From a virus: a stretch of DNA of 64,000 nt. Where the stretch lies: IMG/VR virus record IMGVR_UViG_3300012995_000005, positions 7,655-71,654 of that record; one strand, 5' to 3'. Within the stretch, counting starts at the first letter, position 1; every line of letters begins with the position of its first letter. Below the pieces are notes generated by a model. It had not been told where the DNA came from. It ran no database searches and worked only from the letters and a program-made list of their open reading frames with translations. Positions 45,954-55,383 of this stretch are shown here, one piece after another. Position numbers and translations under genes: made by a program.

Positions 45954-47471
45954 CTACGCTGCTCCTTCCTCTGCATCATCAAAGTCGTCCAGGTATTTCA
46001 GCGCATCTACTCGCACACTCTCTTTGTCAAAACCAACGTCATCATTTGCAGCTACGTAATCCACCAGCATTGAGAAGCAATATGTATCCCATAAATCAGG
46101 TGACTTAATGTTAAGCTTCTGACGCATAACAATTTTTTTCATGATGACATTTTGCCCCATTTCATTGATATCGACCGGGATCTTGCTGGCTTGCTCCGCT
46201 GTCTTGGGGTTAGAGTCAAGGCGCATACGGCCAGACTTTATTGCGTCCCGCGCCATTATGTTTGCAAAGGCACGCTGGTTTGCGAATCGCTGCTTATCAT
46301 CACGTGAGTGCATAGGTTTACCCCAGTTGATGCGGACAACCGCAACACCGAGGGACTCCAGCTCCCGCACTGTCGCATCCCCAATACCGTCAGCATCAAC
46401 GGCAATGGTTATGTTCGGATACTTCTCTTGAGTACACTCCTGGAAGATGTAATGAGCAAACTTCACAGGGTGGCAGTCGCCGGCCATTTCCATGACCAAG
46501 AAGGGCACTACGCGCCTGGTATGGCGTCGGCCGGACACACGGAAAATGCTCAAAACCGATTTATCACGGCCATTACCAACGTCACAGCAAGCAACCCAAC
46601 CCCAGCCTTTATGAAGTCTAACTTTGCGTCGTGCAGCCCTCTCACACTCATCTCGGCCAAGCAGGAAGCCATGAGCGTTCTTAGGGAACAGACCGAGCAC
46701 CTTGATCTGATACTCGGGGTTATCTCGGCCGCCATATTCCAGTAGTTTGCTGCGTATGAATTTTTCATTTACCCACGGTGACTCCTCAGAGTTGAGTGTA
46801 ATTGCGGTGAAGTCACCTCGCGGGTTGTCTTTAGAGCGCGCTAGCTTGTGATGTGAGTCATAAAAATATCCACTTGGCCTTGTTGGCTGAGAGATCAGCA
46901 AGAGGCGGTTGTCGTCTTCCGTTAGGGCGCCAGTTATAATCCCGAAGGCCTTATCGTTAACACCGGAAGCCTCATCGATGATGTAAAACAGATGCTTGGC
47001 GTGTTCGCCGGCTAGTGCCTCTTCGTTACCCCTTCTGAAGCCCTTGGGTATGACCGTCCAACTTCCCTTGTTAGCGATCTCATAGAACGACGTATCAGTG
47101 ATCACAAAGTAGTTTTGCAACCAGGGTTGCCGGCGTACACACTCGTTCCAGTTTTGTTTTATGTACTTGAAAATGCCGGTCATAACCTGCTGGATTTTGT
47201 TCGCAACAATAATGACGCGGGCTCCTGGGTAGAACATCAGGTAGCAGAGGATCATAATGGAGGTCATATCAGACTTGCCGGTACCGTGGCCGGACGCAAC
47301 AGTTGTGCGGCTGCCCGTGTCCTGGGCGGCGTTGATAATCTCTTCTTGTTGCCAGCTTGGTATCTTCCCGAAGAGTTCTACCGCCGCCAGGCTCCAGTCA
47401 TAGCGATAGCGGATTACCATATCCCGCCAGCGGGGATCGGTGATGACCGAACGTATCCTTTTACGCGCCAT
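45954..47471 (-). CDS. pacB: Terminase large subunit PacB
   Basis: [10 protein letters not shown] Walker A, IIDEASG Walker [11 protein letters not shown] nuclease, SPDLWD. Confidence 0.95.
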   Translation of the reverse strand: MARKRIRSVITDPRWRDMVIRYRYDWSLAAVELFGKIPSWQQEEIINAAQDTGSRTTVASGHGTGKSDMTSIMILCYLMFYPGARVIIVANKIQQVMTGIFKYIKQNWNECVRRQPWLQNYFVITDTSFYEIANKGSWTVIPKGFRRGNEEALAGEHAKHLFYIIDEASGVNDKAFGIITGALTEDDNRLLLISQPTRPSGYFYDSHHKLARSKDNPRGDFTAITLNSEESPWVNEKFIRSKLLEYGGRDNPEYQIKVLGLFPKNAHGFLLGRDECERAARRKVRLHKGWGWVACCDVGNGRDKSVLSIFRVSGRRHTRRVVPFLVMEMAGDCHPVKFAHYIFQECTQEKYPNITIAVDADGIGDATVRELESLGVAVVRINWGKPMHSRDDKQRFANQRAFANIMARDAIKSGRMRLDSNPKTAEQASKIPVDINEMGQNVIMKKIVMRQKLNIKSPDLWDTYCFSMLVDYVAANDDVGFDKESVRVDALKYLDDFDDAEEGAA

Positions 47472-48696
47472 CTCTTGCCCCTCCCGGCCCATACAACTCT
47501 TCGTCGGTTAGTTCGTTATCAAACTCCTCGTCAGACTCAAATTCGCTGCTGACAAATTCGCCTTCACGACCCTCGCCATCGGCATTGATATCCCCGTATT
47601 TACCCTCATCAACGATTTGAGCAACAATCGCACGACGCTCCGCGATAAATTGCTCTTTACCGTCCCTCATTGCCTTGTGTTTTCTTGCCTCCGCATCGAT
47701 CTGCTCATCGTCAACTGTGCTCGTCTCATCGTCCGGTTCTGGCGGTCTGGTGGCCTCTATTCTGGCCTGCTGCATGAGGTGAGGAGGAACTACGCCCCCA
47801 TTCGATTCGATGAATTCCGCTGTCTCCTGGTAGTTCCAGCCATGTTCTCTCTGCTGCTCATAAGCCAACGAGATCAGGTTCAGCGTTTCCATTTTTATGC
47901 TGTGGGCCTCCTCATCTCTTCGCGACTTCAGCATCACTGAACGCAGTGCACTCATTGACTTTGCGGTTTCACCGATTCCAACACTGGCATTGAGAAGCAT
48001 CTGTAGGGCCTTGTGTTCGGGGTGCGTTCCTCCTTCGTCTTTTTTGTAGCCTTCTACCTCTTCTTCTAAACGATCCAGGCTGCGGTTCCGAGCGCGCTCC
48101 ATTAATTTGAGGTGGGAGTAGACGATCGCTATTGAACGTGCTTCCAGAGTATTGAGGAAGTTGGGATCTCTCATTTCCTCCAAGGTTTCTTCTACGTCTT
48201 GCGGACGGGGAGATGCATAACGCCCATGAATAATGCAGTCCTCGTTCATGTGCCCAAAGCGCCTTCCTCCCCGCGCTCTAGGCACATGAAACAGGGCCGT
48301 ATCGTCCACCCCATTCGCCGCAGGGAAAGTGATCATTTTGTCGCTTCCATGATCACGTGTAGTACGCGATCGTTTGTGGTCTGCTGACTCAGCGCTAAAG
48401 CTCGCCCTTCCAGATGTGGCGCGGGTTTTACGCCCCTTGGGCGGAGGTGTGATCACGTGATCATTTGAGCTACCAGAGAGATGATCACGTGTTTGATCAC
48501 TCCTTGTGACCTTCTTAGGAGGCGATTTTTTGCTTTGCTTCTTTGGCGTAGGCGTAGCCTTGTCGGCAACCTTTTTTTTAAGCTCTCTACGGGCTGTATT
48601 CGCGTTTAATCCGTGAGCTTCAGCATATTCCTTGACTGTGATCCCTCGCTCATTTTGGAGCGCGGCAAATCTTTCTCTGTGCTCATCCCAGGTCAT
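47461..48696 (-). CDS. pacA: Terminase small subunit PacA
   Basis: [10 protein letters not shown]..., [11 protein letters not shown]; overlaps pacB. Confidence 0.88.
   Translation of the reverse strand: MTWDEHRERFAALQNERGITVKEYAEAHGLNANTARRELKKKVADKATPTPKKQSKKSPPKKVTRSDQTRDHLSGSSNDHVITPPPKGRKTRATSGRASFSAESADHKRSRTTRDHGSDKMITFPAANGVDDTALFHVPRARGGRRFGHMNEDCIIHGRYASPRPQDVEETLEEMRDPNFLNTLEARSIAIVYSHLKLMERARNRSLDRLEEEVEGYKKDEGGTHPEHKALQMLLNASVGIGETAKSMSALRSVMLKSRRDEEAHSIKMETLNLISLAYEQQREHGWNYQETAEFIESNGGVVPPHLMQQARIEATRPPEPDDETSTVDDEQIDAEARKHKAMRDGKEQFIAERRAIVAQIVDEGKYGDINADGEGREGEFVSSEFESDEEFDNELTDEELYGPGGARDGA
48330..48499. other. pac site: six TGATCA hexamers in two clusters
   Basis: TGATCA at 48330, 48350, 48450, 48458, 48482, 48494 inside the pacA 5' region, as for P1 pac. 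Confidence 0.8.
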
Positions 48697-48736
48697 TCGA
48701 AGCTACTCAGTGGCCTATTTTCAGTACGTGCCACGC

Positions 48737-48755
48737 GGTATATCAAAAGTGAGTA
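48737..48755 (-). promoter_or_regulatory. Late promoter (TACTCACTT-N4-TATACC) for pacAB
   Basis: Shared motif, one mismatch. Confidence 0.6.
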
Positions 48756-48902
48756 ATGAAGCTGTGGTTTTTCGATAAATCATGTTTTTGAATTCATTTA
48801 TTAACCATTCGAATGCAAATTTCATCTAATTGCTTGAATGGTAGATCGCAGTGAGATAATCTCGAACCGTGTATTACCTAACAGTGAAAAAGGCGAAAAA
48901 AA

Positions 48903-50006
48903 ATGAGCAAAAACAATCCGGTCTATGTGGCACTTGACTGTGGTTCAGGCAATGTGGCTAGCGTTATGGAAAGCAATGGCGCCGTGCAGATTCGCGTTAC
49001 CCCGTCATTTGTCGCGAGGGTTTTGGGACGGGCGAAGGAAAGCGATTCGAAAACCAATTGGGTGACAACTGGTGCCAGCGGCGAACTGGAAACCTATGCT
49101 GTGATGAATAAGGCGATTGGTGCCATCGATACCCGGACGCCAGATTATCAGCTAAGTGCAGCTTGCCGCGTCCTTGTGGTGAATGCCCTAGCCCAACTCA
49201 AACTTGGCGGTCGTAAAGTGGTAATAGCTGATACCTTGCCAGCCGATCAGTATTACGATGACAACAACGCGATTAACCGCCAGCAAATCGAACTGAAGAG
49301 ACAATCGCTGATGACGGCGGTAACCAATGCAAGCAATGGAATCGCAACGCCTGATATCGTATGCGTTGAGATTATGCCTGAAGCCGTGACTGCATATAAC
49401 GCAGCACTGTACACCCAGGATGGACAGGATAACCCGTACCTGGTTGGCGCTAAGGACGTGGCGATTATCGATATCGGCCGTTATACGTGCGATATAGCTC
49501 ACCTGGACTGTGACAATCACACTCTGTTCTCACGTGGCACTACTCCTCGCGGCGTACACATCATGCTGGAGGCAGTAAAAATGCAGATGATTGACCAGGC
49601 GGGAGAGATTGGAATACCGGTTGAAAAAATTCGCCTCATGACCTTGGACGACATTGACTCAATCGTGCGTAAAGGGTACTACGGCTCGAGCATCGAAGCC
49701 TTGAAAGATAAGCGGATTTACCTGGATCATATCATCTCAGCGGCTGCGGCAAGCTTCGCGAGCGAAATCAACTATGCTCTGAAGACGATCGTGAAATCTC
49801 TTGGCAGTATCGACGCCCTGATCATTGTGGGTGGTGGCGCCTACTACATTGGTGGTTTGCTTCGCGAAATGCCTAACTTTGTTGCAGACTGGCATGATAA
49901 CGTTGTTATTCCCCACCAGCCAGAAACTGCGGTAGCTCGCGGTGCGTACCTCGCCCTGCTGGCGCGCCATGACGTTGAAGAACAAACATCCGAAATTGAG
50001 GCTTAA
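48903..50006 (+). CDS. parM: ParM/StbA actin-like partition ATPase
   Basis: LDCGSGN, PEAV, IDIGRYTCD, VGGGA actin-fold motifs. Confidence 0.9.
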   Translation: MSKNNPVYVALDCGSGNVASVMESNGAVQIRVTPSFVARVLGRAKESDSKTNWVTTGASGELETYAVMNKAIGAIDTRTPDYQLSAACRVLVVNALAQLKLGGRKVVIADTLPADQYYDDNNAINRQQIELKRQSLMTAVTNASNGIATPDIVCVEIMPEAVTAYNAALYTQDGQDNPYLVGAKDVAIIDIGRYTCDIAHLDCDNHTLFSRGTTPRGVHIMLEAVKMQMIDQAGEIGIPVEKIRLMTLDDIDSIVRKGYYGSSIEALKDKRIYLDHIISAAAASFASEINYALKTIVKSLGSIDALIIVGGGAYYIGGLLREMPNFVADWHDNVVIPHQPETAVARGAYLALLARHDVEEQTSEIEA

Positions 50007-50008
50007 CA

Positions 50009-50491
50009 ATGGCTGAAACCAAACGCCGGCTGCTTCAGCTGAATCTTGATAAAGTTGCTGCCCATAGCTATTTCGGCAAGCGCTTTGTCGACAAGCACCA
50101 AAAAACTGAGGCCTTAGCGTCCCGCCAGGCGCTGCTGTTCAACTCGATAAGCATTGGCAATATGATTATTGAAAGTGGCTTGGATAGCGCCTTTAAAGCG
50201 TTGGACAATGCATCTTTTGCCAACGCCAATAAGGCCGACCGTGCTGAAATGATACTTCGGGCACTTGAACTTTTTAGCGGGGTTAAAGCCACCAGCTCTA
50301 AAACCTCAGCGCCAACTCCTGAGCCGGTAGAGCAAAAACACGCTGAAGGCACACCACCAGCGCAACAAACTAACGACACCCCACCTCAACGACCTGAAGC
50401 GCCGGCGGCTGATTTAGACAATGCCGATGGCGCCGAAACATCAAGTATGGCGTTACCGTTGAAGCGAGATAAGGCCAGAACGTTTAGCTAA
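50009..50491 (+). CDS. ParR/StbB-like adaptor
   Basis: Follows parM; disordered Pro/Ala-rich C-terminus. Confidence 0.6.
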   Translation: MAETKRRLLQLNLDKVAAHSYFGKRFVDKHQKTEALASRQALLFNSISIGNMIIESGLDSAFKALDNASFANANKADRAEMILRALELFSGVKATSSKTSAPTPEPVEQKHAEGTPPAQQTNDTPPQRPEAPAADLDNADGAETSSMALPLKRDKARTFS

Positions 50492-50875
50492 CAAGCTGTG
50501 AAACAACTCTCTACCAAAAGCCATCGCACTCAGCATGGCTTTTTCTTTTGCGTCTCCCCGGAGCGTTTCTTTAATGATCGTTGTTGATAAATCGGTTCGC
50601 CGGCCGTTTCGAAACTTGAAATAGTGGCTACTGATAGCCTTCAAATGGAACGTGCGCGGGCGGATCTCGTCATACAGCACGCAATCTGCCTGATTTGACC
50701 GAGAGAACCCCTTCAATCGTATGTAAATGTCGTTTTTTTCTATGAGTAGAGCCGGGTAGGCTTTTTGGAGAAGAATGGTTAGCTCAGGGGCTGAAACTGG
50801 CCTATTTAGTCTCAGCATGAAATCTGCGACTTCGGCACTATTAATGCGTGGGCGATTTTCCTGCATAGCGTCCAT
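50453..50875 (-). CDS. lpa: Late promoter activator Lpa
   Basis: INSAEVADFM, DIYIRLK, RPRTF, RELF recalled from P1 Lpa; start at MDAMQE after GAGG. Confidence 0.75.
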   Translation of the reverse strand: MDAMQENRPRINSAEVADFMLRLNRPVSAPELTILLQKAYPALLIEKNDIYIRLKGFSRSNQADCVLYDEIRPRTFHLKAISSHYFKFRNGRRTDLSTTIIKETLRGDAKEKAMLSAMAFGRELFHSLLAKRSGLISLQR

Positions 50876-50885
50876 GACCTCGATG

Positions 50886-50902
50886 TGTTGCGTAAAACTA
50901 AT
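50886..50902 (+). promoter_or_regulatory. C1-type operator TGTTGCGTAAAACTAAT in front of lpa
   Basis: Exact 17-mer shared with 41114-41130. Confidence 0.75.
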
Positions 50903-51176
50903 TGACAAATCTCGGCGATGATAACGGCTCATTAGCGACCTTTCAATCGCGCTGTTGAGCCGGATAACTCACAAATGCTAAGGAGGCAGGTTTTTGTCTC
51001 GTTAACGCATAACTAATCGACTAATTATTTTATCAGTTCACTGAGCGGCTCTTCATTTTTCAGTTAATTATTCTGTTTTAAGCCTCTTCTTGAACCGCCA
51101 CCCCAAACCAGATGAAACTATAATTCCCTTTATCTAACATAGATTTGTGTTGTTCCGTAGGCAACTAATTAACCGC

Positions 51177-51596
51177 TTAAAAAAGCCGCATCTGGCCGGC
51201 GCCAACTATAGGCCCCTCCACCAGCAAAAGCGCTCTTCGTATTTTTGCCCTGTGTGCTCTTCTCGCAGCATCAGCATCCTCTTTAGTGGCAAAGATCGCC
51301 GGAGGGTTGATGACGCGGCGTACTGCCCCAGTGGACGCGTCAGTATGCCGCTCAACGCAAACAGGGCAATAATCTGTAGAGTCCCAGAATCCTGTTCGCC
51401 CCATCCTGAAGTGAATAACCCCTTTACGCGTTGCGCATGAATTACAGATTTCAGTGTCACACGTCAGTCGCTGGTGGATATCAATGCACAGGCGAGGCTC
51501 TCGGCTAAACTCCATCATTCCCATATACCCTATCTCTCCATCACACAGCAGCTCTGCTTGCTTACCGCAAAATACGCAAGGTTGCCCTTTACTCAT
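51177..51596 (-). CDS. Hypothetical Cys-rich (zinc-binding) protein
   Basis: Several CxxC motifs; coupled operon. Confidence 0.6.
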   Translation of the reverse strand: MSKGQPCVFCGKQAELLCDGEIGYMGMMEFSREPRLCIDIHQRLTCDTEICNSCATRKGVIHFRMGRTGFWDSTDYCPVCVERHTDASTGAVRRVINPPAIFATKEDADAARRAHRAKIRRALLLVEGPIVGAGQMRLF

Positions 51597-51808
51597 TTCT
51601 TTCCCTGTCCCTTACCCCGTCTCTTGGCTGAACGGTACTCCGCAGTGCCGTAAATGAACCCCAGTGCACCGAACACAAACGTTATCTTGCCGGCCAGCGC
51701 CGTCCCCCACTCAGCCCCCCATGCAATCCCGACGATACCCCCCCAAGTTATGAATGCAGCACCAACTAGAAGGGAGCGCAATATTGCAATAATGGTGCTA
51801 CTCATCAT
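51593..51808 (-). CDS. Small two-TM membrane protein
   Basis: Two hydrophobic segments and a basic tail. Confidence 0.6.
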   Translation of the reverse strand: MMSSTIIAILRSLLVGAAFITWGGIVGIAWGAEWGTALAGKITFVFGALGFIYGTAEYRSAKRRGKGQGKK

Positions 51809-52193
51809 TCTTCTTTCTGGCGCCTCTATATTTCGGTTCAGGTTCGTTTGCCGGCGCGCGGATTACATGCCTCAATATTTCAAGCCAGTTTTTTCGAGTA
51901 TTCGCAACCCATCGACCATGATCATCATCGAAGAATCCGGGTTCCACAGGTTTAGCCACCCCCTCCATCAACTTGCACGGAACAGCTACAGCATCATCAC
52001 CATTGTTGTAATACCCCAAGTTGCCTAAGATATCGCCCTCCGTATAGCGCCCAGCCGTCTCAACTCTTCCCCTGTACCCTGAATTACCACCTCCCCAGAG
52101 CATGATGTATGGGGTATGCCTCTGGGTATGGGTGACGCTTAATACAAAACATTCTCTATCTGAGTTCTTGCTCATTCCATACACCATTTTCAT
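51798..52193 (-). CDS. Hypothetical phage protein
   Basis: ORF in a coupled operon; NSGYRGRVETAGRY motif. Confidence 0.6.
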   Translation of the reverse strand: MKMVYGMSKNSDRECFVLSVTHTQRHTPYIMLWGGGNSGYRGRVETAGRYTEGDILGNLGYYNNGDDAVAVPCKLMEGVAKPVEPGFFDDDHGRWVANTRKNWLEILRHVIRAPANEPEPKYRGARKKNDE

Positions 52194-52232
52194 ATTTCAT
52201 AATTATTACTTGATGCAATATAACTTCCAGTA

Positions 52233-52523
52233 CTAGTCCCATTGCAGAACCGATGCGAAGTACGAACCCCGACAAGGCGTATCGCGAGGATGGTGCCAAT
52301 TTCCGTAACCGTCTGCGCCACCAATTGGGGAGATCTTGTAATGCGTCTGGTAGTAGTTTGCCATCTGCCAGTCAACGCTATCTTCCTGCCCTATTTCGCC
52401 CTGCTCAACTGCCGCCGCAATAATCTGCTCTGCTGTATAATTTCCTCTCATGACCAAGAATTGAGCGTCATCGCTGCGCATAAATTCACACTCGCCGTCC
52501 TTACGTTTTTTATGTTTAGTCAT
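52233..52523 (-). CDS. Hypothetical phage protein
   Basis: TAATG coupling with the methylase stop. Confidence 0.6.
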   Translation of the reverse strand: MTKHKKRKDGECEFMRSDDAQFLVMRGNYTAEQIIAAAVEQGEIGQEDSVDWQMANYYQTHYKISPIGGADGYGNWHHPRDTPCRGSYFASVLQWD

Positions 52524-53425
52524 TACGCTGCCTTATCCCTTACCTGCCCCATATACCGGATTATTTCCGTTCCCACCCACTCACCTACATGCTTGCTAAC
52601 ACCATTTCCAACCTGCCGATAGCCAGCTGTATCTGACACGGGAAATGTGAACCAATCGGGAACCCCCTGGAGCCGCGCATACTCGCGCAGCGAATATGGC
52701 CTAACTCCCATTGGGAAACGTCCATCAACAACCAGCCGAGTGGACTTATCCTTGGCGTAATGAGCCACGCACGTCGGGGCAATATCTCTCCTAGCCGGAT
52801 CGCTAACAATCGGGCGGTCACGATATGCACCGCTCATTCGTGCTTTAATCGCTGCCGGGAGGGTCACGCGAGGGTTTTCCTCAAGGATTGCAGACAGAGG
52901 AACGGGTTTAGTATTTTCTGGCGGGCGCATGTCAAACGGCCGACGAGTACCAACGATGATCAGCCGATTCCGACGCTGAGGGAGCCAAAGCTCTGATTTA
53001 ACAGGGCAGAAAACCTGTATATAGTAATCTGGCATCCGTGTCATAGCTTCCATGACGACAGGGAACGCGCGCATACCGGGAACATTTTCAACGATGTAAA
53101 ATTCTGGGCGAGCAAGTGAAAAATGCCGTAACGCGTGCAGAAACAGGTCATCGCCTGTTCGGGTGCCGTGGATATCTCCAATCGTCGAGTATTTTGTACA
53201 TGGATACGTGAAGACCATTCCGTGACAGCTGTCCTGTTCAAAAACTAGCTCTTTTGAGATATCGCATTGCTTAATATGATCCCCAAGGTTGGCGCGGTAG
53301 GTCTTACATGCGTCTGCATCTAGTTCAAACGCCTGGTTAATTCGAATGCCGGCATCCATGAGGCCAATATCCATTAATCCAGCACCGCAGAAATATGAAT
53401 TAACCGTAACGTCACTATGCTTCAT
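52523..53425 (-). CDS. Orphan C5-cytosine DNA methyltransferase
   Basis: FCGAG (motif I), YPC (IV), ENV (VI), QRRNR (VIII), RLQGVPD (IX), QVGNGV (X). Confidence 0.9.
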   Translation of the reverse strand: MKHSDVTVNSYFCGAGLMDIGLMDAGIRINQAFELDADACKTYRANLGDHIKQCDISKELVFEQDSCHGMVFTYPCTKYSTIGDIHGTRTGDDLFLHALRHFSLARPEFYIVENVPGMRAFPVVMEAMTRMPDYYIQVFCPVKSELWLPQRRNRLIIVGTRRPFDMRPPENTKPVPLSAILEENPRVTLPAAIKARMSGAYRDRPIVSDPARRDIAPTCVAHYAKDKSTRLVVDGRFPMGVRPYSLREYARLQGVPDWFTFPVSDTAGYRQVGNGVSKHVGEWVGTEIIRYMGQVRDKAA

Positions 53426-53774
53426 GAATCCCCCCAGCTTCGGCCCCGTAGTTGCCATACCACCAGCCATCGGCCGCTTTCGTCAGAAACATCTGCTTTG
53501 AGTCAATCCCCCCCCTTAAAATCTGCTCCCGTGCCTCCTTTGGAACCCCAAATGTCATGCCAACTTTGCCACTTAGGTTACGGTTAAAGTCGACTCCGGT
53601 TTTCAGTCGGATCTGCTTTGCTTCTGCGTCTAACTCAAACTCAATCGTCGGTTGCTTTGGGCCTTCAAATACAGCGATCGTAATATGGCCGACCCCATTA
53701 CTTCTTACGGTGACGGCGGGTAGTTTGTTCGGGCGAGCGCGCCCTGTCATTTCATTGATTGATACAAAAGCCAC
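53415..53774 (-). CDS. Hypothetical phage protein
   Basis: 119 aa ORF overlapping the methylase start. Confidence 0.6.
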   Translation of the reverse strand: MAFVSINEMTGRARPNKLPAVTVRSNGVGHITIAVFEGPKQPTIEFELDAEAKQIRLKTGVDFNRNLSGKVGMTFGVPKEAREQILRGGIDSKQMFLTKAADGWWYGNYGAEAGGIHEA

Positions 53775-54039
53775 TGGATCTCCATCCAGGAAATACCTGG
53801 TTGTTGTTGTGCAACATTCCTACGGGCGTGCCGGCCCGAAAACTCGACCAGGCTTTTAGCCTGGTGAGTTGAGGAATTTATTTTCGTTTGGGTTAACCGT
53901 GCGACTGACTAATCGTAATCCTTTGATTCTGGGCGTTTTCTATACTCTTTATCCGATGAGAATCCAACCCAGAATAGTGCACCAACACCCAGCAATATGA
54001 ATGGAAGTGCTTGATAAAGAGATTCCAAAGTAAACATCG

Positions 54040-54603
54040 TCAAACCCTTGGCACGGTAATTTTCTTCCAAATGGCCGACACGTATTTGACCTGGTGGATA
54101 GCATCATCGAGAGCGTTATGCATCTCACCCACAAACGGCATTTCTTTCTTCGGATTGAACCCGATCTCTAGCCCCGCCTTAACAGTTGTTCGAACATCAC
54201 AATCATTCCAGAAGCACCAGAACGGTTCGATTCCACACCGTTGATAAGCAGAACGGAGGATAGTGTTATCAAACGTTGCTCCATTTCCCCACACCTGTAC
54301 CCGGCCTAAGTCACTACAGTGGGTCTTGATGAATCCCCCCAACCTTTTCAAGACGTCAACGTTTTTACCCCGTGGTTTTGCCGTAATTGCCGCTCGAGCA
54401 GCCTCACTTTGCGCCAACCACCAATAGATAGTGTCAGCATCGGGCTTTGCGCCAAGTTCAAGCTCGCTTGCCAGGTCGACGATCGCATAGAAGCTTGGCC
54501 CAACCTCGCCTGTTTTGAGATCGAAAAACACTGCGGCGATCGCGAGAATCGGCGCAAGTGGGCCTTTACCGAGGGACTCAATATCAACCATTACGTTGTG
54601 CAT
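54040..54603 (-). CDS. DEDD 3'-5' exonuclease (phage family)
   Basis: VMVDIESLG, WGNGATFDN, HNALDDA. Confidence 0.9.
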   Translation of the reverse strand: MHNVMVDIESLGKGPLAPILAIAAVFFDLKTGEVGPSFYAIVDLASELELGAKPDADTIYWWLAQSEAARAAITAKPRGKNVDVLKRLGGFIKTHCSDLGRVQVWGNGATFDNTILRSAYQRCGIEPFWCFWNDCDVRTTVKAGLEIGFNPKKEMPFVGEMHNALDDAIHQVKYVSAIWKKITVPRV

Positions 54604-54615
54604 GTTTAACCTTGC

Positions 54616-54894
54616 TCATTGATTTTTGGGGGGATTAGCTTGGAACCGGCCGCACTGTAGGGCATTTGAAACAGCTCTATTTAGCTCCTCTATTCCGGCG
54701 CTACATTCCCACGGCCGGAGTGGTGTCTCTTCAATCCATCCGATCAGCTGATCGTGGAAGAAGATTTCCATCCTTCCTATCGTGCATTTCATTGAGATGC
54801 CGGCCTTTTGCTGAGGCCAGGCGCTGACATGTGGTTTAATGATGAAGGCCAGGTGATCATCACGCTGGCGCTTCAGTTCGGCCATAACATCCAC
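54616..54894 (-). CDS. Hypothetical protein
   Basis: Coupled operon. Confidence 0.55.
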   Translation of the reverse strand: MDVMAELKRQRDDHLAFIIKPHVSAWPQQKAGISMKCTIGRMEIFFHDQLIGWIEETPLRPWECSAGIEELNRAVSNALQCGRFQANPPKNQ

Positions 54895-55355
54895 TACTTA
54901 TCGACTCCGGCCGCATGCCCAGCGTTGATAACAGCTAAACGTAGCGTTTTGATCGAAACGCATCGTTTACGAGACACCAGCGACATCAGGCGATCCACCA
55001 GCTCTAGGCACTTAAGGCGACGTTGTAGACGAACGGACTCGGAGGGAGCTAAATCACCGACGATTGCCCGCGATTTCATGCTGTCCAATTCACGCACCAG
55101 CTCACAGTTTCGAGCCATTAAAGAACGCCGGTCATCGATTAACGCGTCAATAGTCGCTCTATGCTCCTCTGCGGCCTGCTGCCGGCCTGACGCCTCTGCC
55201 TTGGCGGTGAGATTAAGCAGTGTCGTGAAAGAGCCACAAGCCATGCTTAGCGGCTTCCGAGTATCAACGCCGGCCGGGATAGTAACCTCCATGCCCAGCC
55301 ATTCAGCCAAAGAGCGGATCTGTGAAAATGAAACCTGTTCCAATGCTGTTTTCAT
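54894..55355 (-). CDS. Hypothetical coiled-coil protein
   Basis: Coupled operon. Confidence 0.55.
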   Translation of the reverse strand: MKTALEQVSFSQIRSLAEWLGMEVTIPAGVDTRKPLSMACGSFTTLLNLTAKAEASGRQQAAEEHRATIDALIDDRRSLMARNCELVRELDSMKSRAIVGDLAPSESVRLQRRLKCLELVDRLMSLVSRKRCVSIKTLRLAVINAGHAAGVDK

Positions 55356-55383
55356 CTATGTCTCTCAGCAGATATTTGAAATG

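Noticed and set aside
48756-48900. parC centromere for parMR
   Set aside because: Only weak TT(C)GAAT recurrences with no consistent period
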